NCBI GenBank assembly: GCA_036172245.1
Contig: JAYWIR010000006.1
Coordinates: 3,472,001 to 3,536,000, forward strand
Reading direction: 5' to 3'
Source: Raillietiella orientalis
Taxonomy: Eukaryota
DNA length: 64,000 nucleotides
The first letter of the stretch is position 1; every line of letters starts with the position of its first letter. The translations under genes and the position numbers were made by a program. Below are positions 1-13,049 of the stretch, one piece after another. The notes under the pieces are model-generated. The model was not told the DNA's origin. It made no database searches and worked only from the letters and a program-made list of their open reading frames with translations.

Positions 1-1625
1 CGGATCGCGAGCGGTACACAACGGTGTACTTAATCATTCGAGTACACGCTCAATCATTTTCCGGTCGTTCCTGCTATTTGTGCGCAAGGATTCCCGGGGA
101 AGCGACGCCCGAAACGAGCGCGCTGGCACCTTCCCGAAATGGTGGCGTGGCGTTCGGATTTCGGGACGCCAGGAAGCAGCAGAGGAGCGAGACGCCACCG
201 GTCGGCGGCCCTTGCGCTCACCATTGAGGAAGCGCCGTGGCGATCGCAGCAGTGATGACATCACGAAAGCGTGTGCCCGGAGGCGCTTCTCGAGTGGTGC
301 CAAAACGCACCGCAGGCACCTCTCGCGACGAAATTGCCTCCGTTGATTTATCTCTTCGCAGCTGTGCAGATGAGCTTCGAGAAGTTTCGAAAGCTGCAGG
401 GCGTTTGCATTGACGTTTGATTTTGAGCTTTTTTGCGATTTTTTTTTTTTGTTTTCCGCGTGCATGGTTCGTTCTTTATTTTCCTTGTGGCCCTTGGCTG
501 CTTTTCACATCTCGTGGGCTGACAGATACTGTTGGCACTCCTGTGTATCGAAACAGATCCGCAATATGCTCTTTTCTTTTACCTGGGCATTCCTCTGAAC
601 TCTTTTTCCTCTCCCACTTTTCTGCTTCTTCGCCATTTATCATTTTTTCCTCCCGTGAAGAGATATGGCTGCTTCCGTTAGCTGGCACCGTAAATCTTTT
701 AAGCACTGGAAATCCACAGCTCATCAGACAAATTCCTGTTCTTTCATCTTTGCTTCGAAACATTTTCTTGAGGAGATTACTTCCCGTTTGGCATCCTGGC
801 TTACCGTCATCACTTTTCCGTGCCTCCGATGGCGCGCTTCTTAGCCCAGACAGATGGCCGCGAGTCAGACGGCGATAGTCACTGTCCACCACTCGACGTG
901 AAGTTTGTCAATACTACGGGGGCGCAAATATCTCACAATCAGCTGCGAGGCAGCAGCTCGATCCTTTGAGCAGATGAGGCTGAAGATATCATCTTCCATC
1001 TATTATGTACTTTCAGAGGGAAAGGAGGAGGAGGAGGAGAGAGTTGCAATAACATTCCTTAGCCTGGGAAGAGCTTTCACTCCGTGAAGAAAAGGTGTCG
1101 ATTAAGGAGGATTTTCTCATCTCCATCTCCTCGAGTGGCTCCGGAAGACCTCGAGAGTTTTCAGAATGAGACGGTTGGCTGCCATAGCTGTGGGTTTCCT
1201 GGGATTTGTAGGACCACTTGGATGAGTTATGGACGCTCCCGCGTTGCGGCCTGTAACCCTTTCCGCCATCTATGTTCATCATACGCATCTGTTTGAAATG
1301 CACGTTTTCTCCACTCCTGGTTCTTCTTCTTACTTCCGGTCCTTGCTTTGTCCGTAAGGCCGTCGACAAAAAGTTGCGATTCTTTCTGATCTCACGTTAA
1401 GTGACGAGCACACGAGTAATTACAAAATGAATTTATTGCTCCCGATTAAGAGACGAATGAATAGACCGAATCTTCATGTTGGAGTTGGTGCGAATTCCCT
1501 CAGCTCCTCTAAACTCCATCCTCGAAAATGGTGGCGACAGGCGATTTCATTCGATTCGAGACCGAGAAGAAAAAAAAGAAAAAAAAAAAAAAAAAGAAAA
1601 GAGAGAGAGAGAGAGAGAGACGCCC

Positions 1626-1910
1626 TCAAAGAGGTACTCGGGAAATGCCTTCCAGGTTTCTTTGAACGGATGCTCGGAGTCGCTCGTGCCATCCGACGAA
1701 TACCTCTGGAAGAAGCACCCAGGAGACAGATGAAGTTCTGGAGCTCCTGCTTGCGTGGTCCTCGTAGGGCCGGCCCAGTTTGTCAGAGCAGGCGTGCAGG
1801 CCGCTGTGTCCAAAGGAGTGGGCAAGCACCAGCGTGGAGAAACCTCCAGGTGATTGCACTGTGCTCGTTTCCATGGCATCGAACAAGCCCTCGACATTCC
1901 CCGGCATCAT
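1626..1910 (-). mobile_element. Possible CR1/L2-like LINE ORF2 C-terminal fossil
   Basis: Minus frames give PWKRAQCNHLEVSPRWCL and KLGRPYEDHASR, loosely like the W.P....LE.vQ.r..R and Lg...L..rR motifs of CR1/L2 ORF2 ends. Frameshifted. Confidence 0.25.
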
Positions 1911-1931
1911 AGCCGCCCCCTATCTTTTCAG

Positions 1932-2807
1932 CCGGTGACCATCAAAAAATCCCGGACGCCGAAATCAGGGAAATCAAAAATCCCAGAAGATCATGAAAAG
2001 TTAGCACTTGCGCTCATAAAATGAACGTATGCATTGATTACCAGCCCTCAGTGTAACTATTGATGTTTTACATTTATATAAAAATATAACAATCGTAAAA
2101 AATAGGTATGCAAGTTTATTAATATATATGCTTGTAATTGAATTAAAATACAAAGTTATTTCAACATACGTATTCGTTTCAATTTATAATCATCCATATT
2201 TTTGATGAGAATATTATTTTAACACACGCATTTATTAATATTCATTAAACACACATATTTCTGATATAATTAATAATATGCATTAAGGTATTACTAGCAC
2301 ATCATAAAGAATAAACGTATGTGTTTATTATGCATATATATATATATAGATATATATAACGAATATGGAATCATGAAAAATAATGGCGACAATTAAAATG
2401 GTGGAAAATAAACAAAAAGGAGATTTGGTATTTCCTTTTCCTGTCATTTCCAACGGGCAGCAGGACCGATTCTATTTTCGGGATTTTGACCGTTCGCTAA
2501 ATACACGCATGTTTATAATTCCATATGCATATATCCATTTAATGTGCATTTATTATACGTATAAACATATAAATATATACATAATCAACACGTCTATATA
2601 TACCATAATCTTTAAGATATACATATAAATAATATATTAATATATTATTAATTATACATAAACATTAATATATATGTTTTCAAGATATACATAAAGTAAT
2701 TTACATGTTAATCTATGCATATATATATAGAGAGAGATAGATATGAGTATGTGCAGTAAACATATATATTTATTTTTTATCGCCTTTCGGGATTTCGAAC
2801 CGACCCT
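1932..2807. mobile_element. AT-rich MITE-like element with AAAATCCCG/CGGGATTTT terminal motifs (MULE-like)
   Basis: The left end has tcaaaaaatcccgg and tcaaaaatcccag (~1942-1986). The right part has the reverse-complement motifs ttcgggattttgacc (~2477-2491) and tttcgggatttcgaacc (~2785-2801). The interior is extremely AT-rich and non-coding, unlike the GC-rich flanks. Confidence 0.55.
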
Positions 2808-3379
2808 TTTCGTCTCAGAAGCCGATCTGAGCTTCAGGGAAGCTGCCAGCTGCACAGGACGACGCCTCGGATGTTCTCCCGTGGCGGCTGCTGCCTACCC
2901 AGAGGTCCAGATCCTGCACGCATCCGAGTGCCATGGAGACTGGTGGGGGGGCTGCGCGCGCGCGCCATGCGGCGGCGTTTCACGGAAACCCTCGCGCGCG
3001 GTCAGCGAGTTCCCGTCCGGCGCGTGAGAGTCGACTCGTCCGCTCCGCGCGCGGAATCCGCGCAGGGCTCGGAGCCCTTTCTGGAAAGGCCGCAACCCTC
3101 TGTACGGATGCGCTTTTCTCGATTCGGTAGGATTTCCTCAGGGCTCCCCCGCCTCTGCACGGATCGCGTGGGATTGCGCGCCGCCTCGCCTTGCTCTGCG
3201 TCGCTGCTTCTCGTCTTCGTCATCTGTTGCGTGTCTTTGGGTCATTGTGAGTGAAGGTTCACACCGGTAAAGTGGCAGCCAATGATAAGTAAAAAAAGGG
3301 GGTGGGGGAGGGGGAGAGGGATGATGTGTGCCTCGACGTCTCGCCCTAAGGTGTCTCCCGGTTAAGAAGCGTACATCAG

Positions 3380-5670
3380 CACGTGTATGGGCTGCGATCG
3401 ATCCAGGGATCTGAGAAGAGGTGCGGACTCCGAGCTGCTCCCAGACAAATCCTGAAAAATCCCCCGTGCCCCACGCAGAGACGGTGTGAAAGCGGGAGCG
3501 ATGCCCACGCCTCCTGGCGGTGGTAAAACCACCGTCGGAAAGCTAGAGGGAGGAGCTCTGAGGAATGAGTAGAACGCGGACGGGAAACCGGAAGCAATCC
3601 GGAAATCAAGCCAGGAGACTGCAGGGGTGGCTTCGGGGCACTCAGCGTGGAAATTCTCGGCGGGTCACTTCGGACCGATGGGCCGCGCGTCTTCTTGCTC
3701 TCATCACCGCGCCCTGCGGCATTCTCTCCCGCTCACTTGTCGCGGACTTCTTCTTCCCTTCCCGCGACGAGCGTGGTCCGATCTGGATTGGTGCTTCCGG
3801 ATGGCCGGGTGCTGTTTTTTTCTCTCCCTTCAGCACGCGGAGGAGGTTTCCCCGCCGACGCCTCCGACCGCTGACGGTAGCAGCCACAACCGCATCTGGA
3901 CGCCGGGAGTCGACACGGGTGCGAAGCCTCTTCGCTCCTTTCTGGGAATCCCTTTGAGGACTGCGGGAACGGGCAGCTGACTGCCGGTTCTTCCGCTCGT
4001 TCTCGTGGAGAAAGAAGACGGGGTTTTTCCAGGTTTCTCTGCAGCACAGTCCCGCTTGCGCCTCTTGCTTCGAGGAGCCTCCCCCGCGCCCAGCAGCCTG
4101 CCGGAAGATCTGCTTTTTTTTCGTTTAGAAAGGATAACGGCTTGATGCTCTCCTGGCTTCAATGCTTTCCTTCCATCTTTTCCCTTTTTTTCCTGCCGTT
4201 CTGCGTGGGGCGACCACCTCCATGCGGGGTACCCAGGCAGAGCTTTGCCGTTCCGTGCCCCTCGGGCCTGAAATCTGCGACCGCCCTCCGCCGCCAAGCC
4301 CGCGAGACCGCCGGGGTCAACTAAATCGACTTGGACCCGTACCCTTGGGCCCCGCCATTTTTCTAGGCACCAGACAGGTACAAACAGACCCGAGACGCCA
4401 TCCCTGGCAACCCTCGCGCCCAAGTCTCGAGACGCCATGCTTTCTGACGAGGAGCGGCGCAGCCCGCGGAAGACGTGGAAAAGATAGTGGGGAATCCTCT
4501 TCCTCTGCTTCCCTTCCAGTCTTTTTTCTTTCGGGCTTTCTTAATTTTTTTTTTGTTGGCTTCTCAAGGAGGTTCTCACAGGGAGGAGCGCTCACAGCAG
4601 TCGAGGGAGACCCACGCCTGCGAGATCCAGCTTACGCGGTGCCCGGCAGCGGAGAGGGGGTCCCCCCCTCCCTCCCGGACTGCCCGCGCTGCAGGTCGCG
4701 CCCGTGTCGGTTCGGCTGCCTCCTCACAGGAAGGGCTTACGAAGTTCTTGAAGCACCGTCCACGCCATCCGAGGATGTGTGGGAACTCTTCAAGATAGGG
4801 AGTGGCTTCTGAGGGACCATCCCATGAATCCAGGAAGACTCCGGAGCGACGGGAGTCCGTTTCTCTTATGCTAGGCAGGGAACCCCGAAGGGAACCTCTT
4901 CCTTGTTCTCCCCGGAGGGACCCTCGGAGGGGGTCAATCCCCATTTCCTCTCCGAAGGGAACCCAGAGAGGATGCGCCCCTGGAATTTCTTCTTCGGGGG
5001 AAACCCGCAGGGAAATTTCTCCATGTTGGTGCTCCTCTGAAGAGAACCCCGACGGGAGCAGCGCGCTTCTGACACTCCGGAGAGGCGACCCCCGAAGGGG
5101 ACATCAACCAGCTGCATGGAACGCAATGGAGGAAGGAGCCGATCCCTTTCCCTTTTCGCAACCGGAGGGGGAATCCTGAAGGCTCCGAGATTCCTGGAGG
5201 GACCCAGAGGGTCGACTTTCAGTTCCGGCCAGTCAACGGGGGCATCCGGCTTCCACCGGTGCTGCACCCGAAGCCTTCAAGGCAACCAGAGTCATCCTGC
5301 GGGAAAGGGGAGTCGAAACCCATGACGCTCCCCCCCTTTTCTCGGCGTCTACCCTTCCCCTCGGGCGGGATTCAAACCCACGACGCTCGGTACCGCGCGC
5401 GCGGAGGGTCGTGTGGCTGCGGTCCTTTGGCTTTCCGGTGCAGCAGCCCGAAGCGCGACTCGTACGCCGCTTCCAACGCCCCCCGGAGGGCGAGGGCTCT
5501 CGAGCGGAGGTGTCCGCTCGCTCTGGTCCGCGTCCGAACGGCGGCGGCGCGTGCGGCGGACTGCGAGGGGCCGATTGCGCGTCGGGGGAATCGAAAAAAC
5601 GGCTCGGCGGACGGGATAGAAGTCCCTGCGGCAGGAGCCGACTGTCCAGATTTCACACGGGAATGACATG
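3380..5670 (-). mobile_element. Tx1/L1-like LINE ORF2 fossil (endonuclease to RT N-terminus), interrupted by SINE copy A
   Basis: Colinear minus-strand motif remnants: GVGSGVRVAL (EN GV.I motif, ~5460), VSWISQAWVS (SRID.I.VS-like, ~4620), GYPAWRW (~4220) and SGFPSAFYSF (DG.P.EFY-like, ~3570). All lie in shifting frames. Confidence 0.5.
4720..5420 (-). mobile_element. tRNA-derived SINE, copy A
   Basis: The reverse complement begins ...cggtaccgagcgtcgtgggtttgaatcccgcccg (B-box-like). The body (gatgactctggttg...ggtggaagcc...gactggccgg...ccaggaatc...ggttctcttcagagga...cttcctggattc...ttgaagag) is shared with the copies at 23.3, 31.7 and 52.0 kb. Confidence 0.8.
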
Positions 5671-5869
5671 GGGGGGGGGGGGAACTCGTCCGTCCCCGGT
5701 CTGCTTTATTTATCTAACGCTGATGCTGCCCGTGGACTTCATCTGCTACTGCAGGTGCTTGGGATCAGACGCTGTGTAAACAAACAAAGGGGGGAACGGG
5801 GAAAAGGAAGGAGAAGAAGAAGCTGCAGGTTCGCATTCTTCCTGTGCCTCCCTGCCTGACCACCCCTTC

Positions 5870-8110
5870 CTGCATAGCGAAGGAATCGATAACGGAGTGT
5901 TCGACCATCCCGGCTTCCTGCCGACTGGACCGCAACGCAGGCAGCCAGGCCAATTCCTCTCCCCCGGGCTGTTCGCGCTGAGGGTTGCGACCATGCCGAC
6001 CCGGCAGCCTCCCGCTGCCCGATCCGGGACGCGGGAGACGCGGATGCCTCTCTCCACCGAGAGGAGACCGGTCGCCCGCAGGCACGGAAGAGCCCCGCAG
6101 AGGAGGAGGAGGAGGAGGACTCGAAGAGGATGCTCGAGGAGACCGGATGTCCTGCTGCCCCGTGGCTCGGCGTGGGGAAAGTCCAATCAGCGATTCTTCT
6201 TCTCGCCGGTGGCCTCTTTCTGCAGTCCGCGCACAACCGGAGGGACTTCTTGAGCGGCTCCGTGAGGAGGGAGCGAAATGCAGCCATTAGCTGTTGCTGC
6301 TGACTCCCCCTTTTCTAATCAATTACCGGGGATAGGGGATCCCCTTATCCCCTTTCGCATAATAAGGTACGCTGGTGATTAGCTCTTTCATCCGGGGCGA
6401 ATGGGATTTTCGCGGGAGCGTCTCGGAACAATGGGGAGCGTCCAACTTGATGCAGGGCCGAAAGGGAACGTCCCCCCGCTGCGACCCTCTCGGAAGGCCC
6501 CTTTCTCCCTGCACGGCGCTGCTGCGCTGGGGCTGCGACCCCCCAACTACTCGGTTTGGTCAGGGACGGCTCCACCCGGGCAGGGAGGGTGCACGAGAGA
6601 GAGACCCGCCCGCGCGCCCCCAGGTCCGTTACTCAAGCGACAGCAGCGCCATCGGAAGGGGAAGTCCCGGATTCCGAAGCGGCACGCCTTCTTGATCTGA
6701 TCGGGTGCCGCAGCATCCCTCCTTCTGATCGAGGTCCTCGTCCCGGTTCGTTCTCTTTCCGCGTTTCCCCGCACCTGTGGTGAAGATTCCCAAGATGGCT
6801 GCCGCCCTCTCCCTCCTTCGACCTTCCTGCGGGACGTCGGACTGCGAGCTGAAGACTACGGGTTCTCCCGAGCTCTATAGCGGCTGCTGCTGCCGCGTTT
6901 TGATCCGCCTGACCTTCGGACGGATCCGGCAATCCCCAGCGGCCAATTTCGATCTCCGTGGCGAGCATTTCCAAGTGCAGGGCAGCCGGAGCAGTTCCCA
7001 TGGGAACGGGGAGCTTCTCGAATTCTCGCAACACCGTCGAGCGATGGTCTTCGCTGCATCTTCACGTCGGATGTGGGCCGCGTGGGGTTCTCGTCTGATG
7101 CGCGAGGATGGTGCGAGGAGCTGGCGCCATTGCTGGCATCGTCGCAAATCCAAGGGAGATCCACTCTTGCAGCGGGTGCGCGGTCACGAGCTTTCCGAAC
7201 AGCGATCAGTTCGGGATACCCGAGGGCTTTCGTTCCTCTTTCCGGATGCGGACTTCCAGGCCGGGCGTGTCTCTCGCTGGTCTCCTCCACTGCCGTAGGG
7301 CGCATCCGAATTCTCTCTTAGAAGGCTCGCTACCCGCTGGTCAGCTCTCTAGCGCGGGCCAAACCTGGCCCGCATGGTCGGGAGCAGTTTTGGCAGGGGT
7401 GCTTTTCGGAAGATTTGCCGGAGGCAGGGGCGGTCGCTCCAGTGCGGCGGGGTCTACCTGGCCGACCTCGAGAACGCACCTCGGAGAACAGGGGGGAAGA
7501 GTCAGGTATGGCGAGCAGCCCGGTAGTGCCCTCTTCGAGGCTCGAAGACGCGAACGCGCCGCGGGTGGAGGCCGTCGGATGTGTCGGGGTGGACGTCGCA
7601 GTCTTTCCGGGATGACGGGTCGCGGCAACTCCAAGGGCGCTCTGAAATCCCTCCCCGTTCGCGACTCCCTTCGGCCGGCAGCCTCTCAAGGAACCCTTTG
7701 CTGGTCGTCGCTGCATGGAACGACGAAAGAGGAGGGCTCAGCTACAGGGGTGCCACATCCACTTCGCCGTCCTCTCCATGAGGATGGCAATGAAACGCGC
7801 CACCTGAACAACTCCACACAGCAAGAGCTTGAGGCATCCTTCAAAGGATGCTGAGGAACGCCTCCAACAGGATATGACCCCTACCCGCACCCCTCCAAAG
7901 TTTGTTTATTTATTTTATTTTTGTTTGACCCTCCCCTCTGCGGCCGGGGCGGACCGCACCGGTCTGCGAACCGATAACTCGGCAGGCTCTCGCTAAATCG
8001 GACGTGGCTGGACCACCGGTCCATCCAAAGAGATTTTAAATGTTTGTTTCTATAAGAAATGAACGACCCGGAGCACCCGGGTGACAATCCAATGCTACGT
8101 GACCGCGGGG
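5870..8110 (+). mobile_element. Tx1/L1-like LINE fossil (RT to 3' UTR)
   Basis: Degenerate RT motifs: GESPISD (~6180), RCDPLGRPLSP (~6480) and VRYSSDS (YADD position, ~6630). The 3' UTR at 7900-8050 is clearly homologous to 54010-54140. Confidence 0.55.
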
Positions 8111-9002
8111 CGTGTACGCAGTGCTCTCACTACCGTGTAGCTACCTCCCGGCAGGAAGAAGCAGGGGAACAGCGCCGTCTCGAGGAACACCTTGGGTTGT
8201 CAGCCTCCTCCCTCCGGATGTTTCAGGAATCACCTCGCGAGGCCCTCCCGCGAGATCGGAGTACGAACGGGAGAGCTGTCGGTGCGCAGTCGGTTCCACG
8301 GAGTGGCGCATAGGGAGCCTCCAGGGGCAGTCGTGAATTTCCCTTGCCCTTTGAAATTCGCGAAAGGGGGGGAGGAAGAGGAGAAGTAGGGGGGGGGGGA
8401 ACGCATGCGCATCTGCGTGGGTGGGAAGTTCTGAGGATCAAGAGGCATCGACGAGTGGGATTGCAAGACGAAGAACCAGCTGCCACCCGTCCGCGGAATC
8501 GCATGCGCGATTTACCGTCGGGGGTGGAGGCTGGCAGATCCCGGATGAAACCCCCGTCTGTTCAGGAGGAGCCCCTGGAGGACTCCCCACTTGCTAGTTT
8601 CCATCCCGTTTCCGCTTTAGGGAGTTCGCTCGTTTCCTCGTTCCGCTTTCTGCCTCGGCTGCGGGGCCGAGGCGAACCCGGCACGGGCGTCGCTAACCCG
8701 CAGCTGACCCCCGCAAGGAGAGGCTTGAAAAGTGGCCCCAGGAGATACGAAAGTGAAGCTGGTTTCCTTGATGGGAGGGGGGGGGAGGAAGAGTGAACGA
8801 ACTGCTGCGGGAACCAAGAGCGGTAGGGGGTTGGAGGGTCGAGGGAATGAAGCACGTTCTCTGCGAAGAAATACCTTCTCATTCACGGAACCCCTTTGGG
8901 GAAGAGGGATAGCATGGGATCCCTCCAACCGAACCAGAATCCTCTGGGCGAGGAAGCACTGAACGCCCGGGGTCGAAGACTGCCGAGGGCTCTTTTGCTT
9001 AC

Positions 9003-9083
9003 CTTTTCGCACAGGACCACCGTGCTCTGCCTGAAGCATTCGCTCAGAGTGCTGCTGATTTCCACCTGCTGGTTCTGGATGTC
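9003..9083 (-). CDS. Internal coding exon of the F-BAR domain gene (third of three seen)
   Basis: Acceptor attctcttttcag, donor gtaagc. 81 nt, phase 0-0, encoding DIQNQQVEISSTLSECFRQSTVVLCEK. It continues ...LPGLLE in frame as an amphipathic helix. Confidence 0.8.
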
Positions 9084-10029
9084 CTGAAAAGAGAATGATT
9101 TTTTCTTCCTTTCGATCAGGAAGCGTGTGGGGCGCCAAGCGACCGAGCGAATCCCGAGGCTCCGGCGAATAGCGCGTAGCGTCGCGATGGCTTCCGAGGT
9201 GGTCGCCGCCGAACGAAGGTTCTCAAAACGAACGGGAGCGGCTGCCCTTCGCTGGGAAGCACCGCGCACTTCTTGCACCTTCCGGAGATACGAGGGTCGC
9301 TCTCCGCAAGGTGCGTACTGAGGACGCCTGAGGCGTTCACCTCAAACTTGACCCCGAAAAATCAGGCCAAAAAAAAAAAAAAAAAACCCTCTGATGCACA
9401 GTGAGGATGCCGGGTCCTACGGAAGTCCGAGGATTCTGGAGTTACCGGCTAGGGGCGAGGTCGCACTCGGGAAAGGAGGAGGGATGGAAAAGGGGAAGTA
9501 CCTACGTGGGATAGGGGAAGAAGAAAGATTTTAGGGAATGGCTGTCTTCCCTTCCCTCGGGTGAGCAGGGCACCACGGCAATCCGCGCGCTCCTGCTCCC
9601 AGTCGGCACCCAACGAAAGCTCTCGGGCATTAGCCCCAGGAGGAAAGAGTCACCGGGGCAAACGCCCTCTTCACTATCCGGCTCTTGGGACGGGAACAAA
9701 GCCTCCCGCGCTGTTGCCATCGCCGCCCTCTTGTGGCAAAGTGGGGTCGCACAAAAAAGGTTCGCCCGCTTGCGAGGTAGGCAAAGCGACGAGGAAGTTC
9801 GTATCGAGGCGTTCGGTCCTCATGACAACCGGAAACCGAAGAGTCGGTCCGAATTCGCGGAGCTCTGGGAAATCCCGAGCGAAGGAACGTCGGAGTCTCC
9901 CTGCTTTATGAAATTCGGGAGCCGAAAACTGGAGCGGGGCGGGTGAGTGTTGCGAGCCGGTGAACTGCCCGCTCCTTTCCCCCCCTCATCCCTCATCCTC
10001 CCTGATCGCACGAGAGCCACTGCAGCCCC

Positions 10030-10560
10030 TTCGTGTTCATCCTCCCGTCACACCTTCTTCCCGTTCTCTTTCGTAGCCTCGTCGTAGACGACTCTGGCGC
10101 CACCCGCGGGGTTGCGACTCCTGGAAGACCCTGTCGGCTTCGACTTTTCTGCCTTCGTCGACCCGCGCCGGCACCTGATGAATCCCGCTCCCTACCCTGC
10201 TATTTTCCGGCTGCAAGGGGCTCCTCTCTTCTGCCAGGGGGAACACTTTTCCGCCCTTCTCCACGAATTCTAGAATGCTCCAGTGGCGCCGCGCCGCTCG
10301 GAAAGCGCCACCTTAGGGTCTCCGCTCCGACATTTCTGCTCGGTTGGCCCGCGTGGCTGCTCGAACGAGGTTTCCCGTTCCCGTAGATAATTCCTGCGCG
10401 TCTCATCCCGGAGAAGGGAACCGCGCGGGAAGCGTGCCAAAACTCCCTTCCAGAACGGACAGTTCGCTAAGGTGGAACGCGCGGTCTCGCTTCCTCCCTG
10501 CTTGGGGCGAGAGCGGACTGCGGTCTTCGTACCCAGCGGCAGCCTTCGTCCCTCTTCCTC
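10030..10560 (-). mobile_element. LINE ORF2 3' end fossil (zf-RVT-like)
   Basis: A minus frame reads SETARSTLANCPFWK (~10450-10490), resembling ET..H....CP....W of the L1/Tx1 C-terminal CCHC finger. Confidence 0.35.
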
Positions 10561-10999
10561 CCTCAGCTAGAAAGAGGGAGGAAGAGGGGAGAAACTGGAA
10601 GGCCTTTTTCGCCCCGCGCAGCGAAATCCGCGCGATGTCTGTCCACCCACGACCCCAACCGGAGGGTGAGACGTGGTCGGTCGTTTGCATGAAATCATCT
10701 CGCGCCGAATTCCAGTCTGAATTTCCTCGGATCTTGAGGGACACTGTCGAGATGGGAAGAGGAAGCGAGACGGATGGCAAGAGGAAGTGATTTCCAAACG
10801 AACGAGATGACCGGTGACTTGCCGCTTGCTTAACTCCCTCAGGCGAGGGAGACCAAGGCGTGTAACGGAACTTGAGTTGCGCAGCCGGCTCCCGAAGCAC
10901 CTCCACCCCAAGTACCAGAGATTCCCATGGCATCTAGAGCTGCGTGGAACCCAGTGCACTTGCAAAACACGGTGACCTGGCTGCAGTTATCCCGGTCAC

Positions 11000-11600
11000 T
11001 TTAAAGCATTTGCTGCCAAGTAGTCACGAGATGGGCCGTCGCGAGATCCGTTGCATTCTGCGGATGGTGGTGACGAAGATGATTGCAGTGCCAACTCCCG
11101 TTCCGCGCTTGAGGGCAAACATATCCTTTGCTGTTGCGACCGCTTTCCGCTGAGTCTCGAAAACGACGACCAACGACAATCACTTTGCTCACCCTCTACC
11201 GGACGGTCTCCGCACTAAGATGCAAGTTCTGAAAATCCCTTTTCCTTTCCTCCAGTATAATGTTCCCACTTTCGTTCTTTAATCTTACGAGTGCTTGGAC
11301 CACGTCCAGCACTCAGATTCCTCAGTGAGGCACCTTTCCTTGAACTCTTCACGAGCATCATTAGCAAAGTGCATCCTTCTTTCCCACTTTTCGATGTCGA
11401 GGGCATACGGTGTTATATGCTTGCACCACACAATTCGTTTCCTCAATGGAACACTTACGTTTTGTTGGTCAGCTCTCACGAAATCATCGGCGAAAACAAA
11501 TTGTATTAGTGATTTATCGAGATGAGTCCTCCTCCATCAGCATCGTTATCCTTCTGTGGCACAGGAAGTTGGACGGCAAGTCCATGGCACGCATGCCCAT
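11000..11600 (-). mobile_element. Tc1/mariner-like transposase fossil
   Basis: KHITPYALDIEKWERRMHFANDARE..CLTEES resembles L....R..FA......++tDE. KVIVVG resembles the K+MVWG motif. Multiple stops and frameshifts. Confidence 0.35.
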
Positions 11601-13049
11601 TTTGTCACGAGGAAGAATGTAGCGGGCTGGCGGCAGATGTCACAGCAACTTTTCATTTCGTTGGACTTTCTTCTCCTTCTTCTTGTTCTGCCAGGATTTT
11701 GTTTTGTTCGATCTCGGCCTTGGTTTCACAGTTGCGTGTCCCGGGCGACTCACGGCACTGAGAGCAAATCCTCATCACGGAACGAGGGCGACGCCGCCGC
11801 TGTGCGCTGCCATGAGCCGGAGAAGAAACAAACAACGTGAGATATTTGAGCCAACGGCAAGCTGCTGCATTGGTGAAAATTTATCCAATATCGAGCTCGG
11901 GTCCGCCGGTCTCGCCTTCCGCGAGGGTGAGCAAATCCATCGAAATTCGGAGGAAAGCGCCGATGAGCGCCGGCGAAACGGAGATGAGAATTGAGATGCG
12001 GATGACGGGAAACCCGGAAGCGCAGGAGAGGTTCGGCGCGCATCGCTTCAGCTCCTTCCTTCCAACCATCTCGCCTGCTTGAGCGCGTCTTCGGGGCGAC
12101 TTGTGGGCGACTCGAGGGTGGACCAAGGATTCCTTGGGCTGTTCAAAGAGTCCTGGACTTCGGGTTGCCTTCAGGGTGACGAAGCACAAACCAAATTTCG
12201 CCAAATCGGCTTGGAAGGCGGAGCAGCAAAAAATCGAATTGACCTCCAAGCGCATTAAATAGCCTCGTACTTCCACGTGCCTCACCCTTACGTGAAAATC
12301 GCATACCCATACACATACGTCATGTAACGATTCCATTCTTAGAGTGCATGGATCTTGAGAAAGGCTAACGATATGGAAATTTGGTGCTTCGACTGGATGC
12401 ACTCGCTGCTCTGTGTGCGGTTGCCACGTTTCTCTCACCTTGGTCACGCGAAAAATCCCCGCTCCTCCACCACCAATCTACACTACAACCTCACTCAGAG
12501 GGTTAGATCTGGGGTTCATCGATACCCTCCGTTGGCTTTCAAGAACTGAGTGGTTTCTCACGAGTAGACTCTTTGCTGCACGGCGCCCTTTCATTTCCGT
12601 TTTGTCCGGAGCTTGTTGAAAAATTGATCATTGCCTTCTCTTTCTTGTCCCGGGGTTGTGTGTCGGTTTTTTGTATTTGCAGTTTTCACTCACGATCTTT
12701 TCCATTATTCCGATATTTTGCTACTTCCCTTGGAACGCTGAAGATTCCATGCGTATATTATTTAAGCATTTCGTCGCTAGCTGGAAAGCCTGAAAGCATC
12801 ACTAAGAGGACACCTCTGACTTTCAGATCGCCAAAATGCTGCCCACTCCGCTGTGAAGCTGTTAAAAATTTACCGGCAGAAGCGGAAACGTTTCCGAAGC
12901 TACCTTTGGAGGCTCGTGGGTCCTTAGGAAGCAAACCGAAAGTCCCATCCGTACCCCCAGAGTTTCTTGCTTTTTTTTCCCCTCTTTTTTCATTTTTGGA
13001 GATCCTTCCTATTCAATTGGAGCAGCACCAGCCACCGCTTTCCGAAAGT

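Noticed and set aside
6328..6352. Near-palindrome ggggataggggatccccttatcccc
   Set aside because: Short, low-complexity and inside a LINE fossil; no function can be supported.
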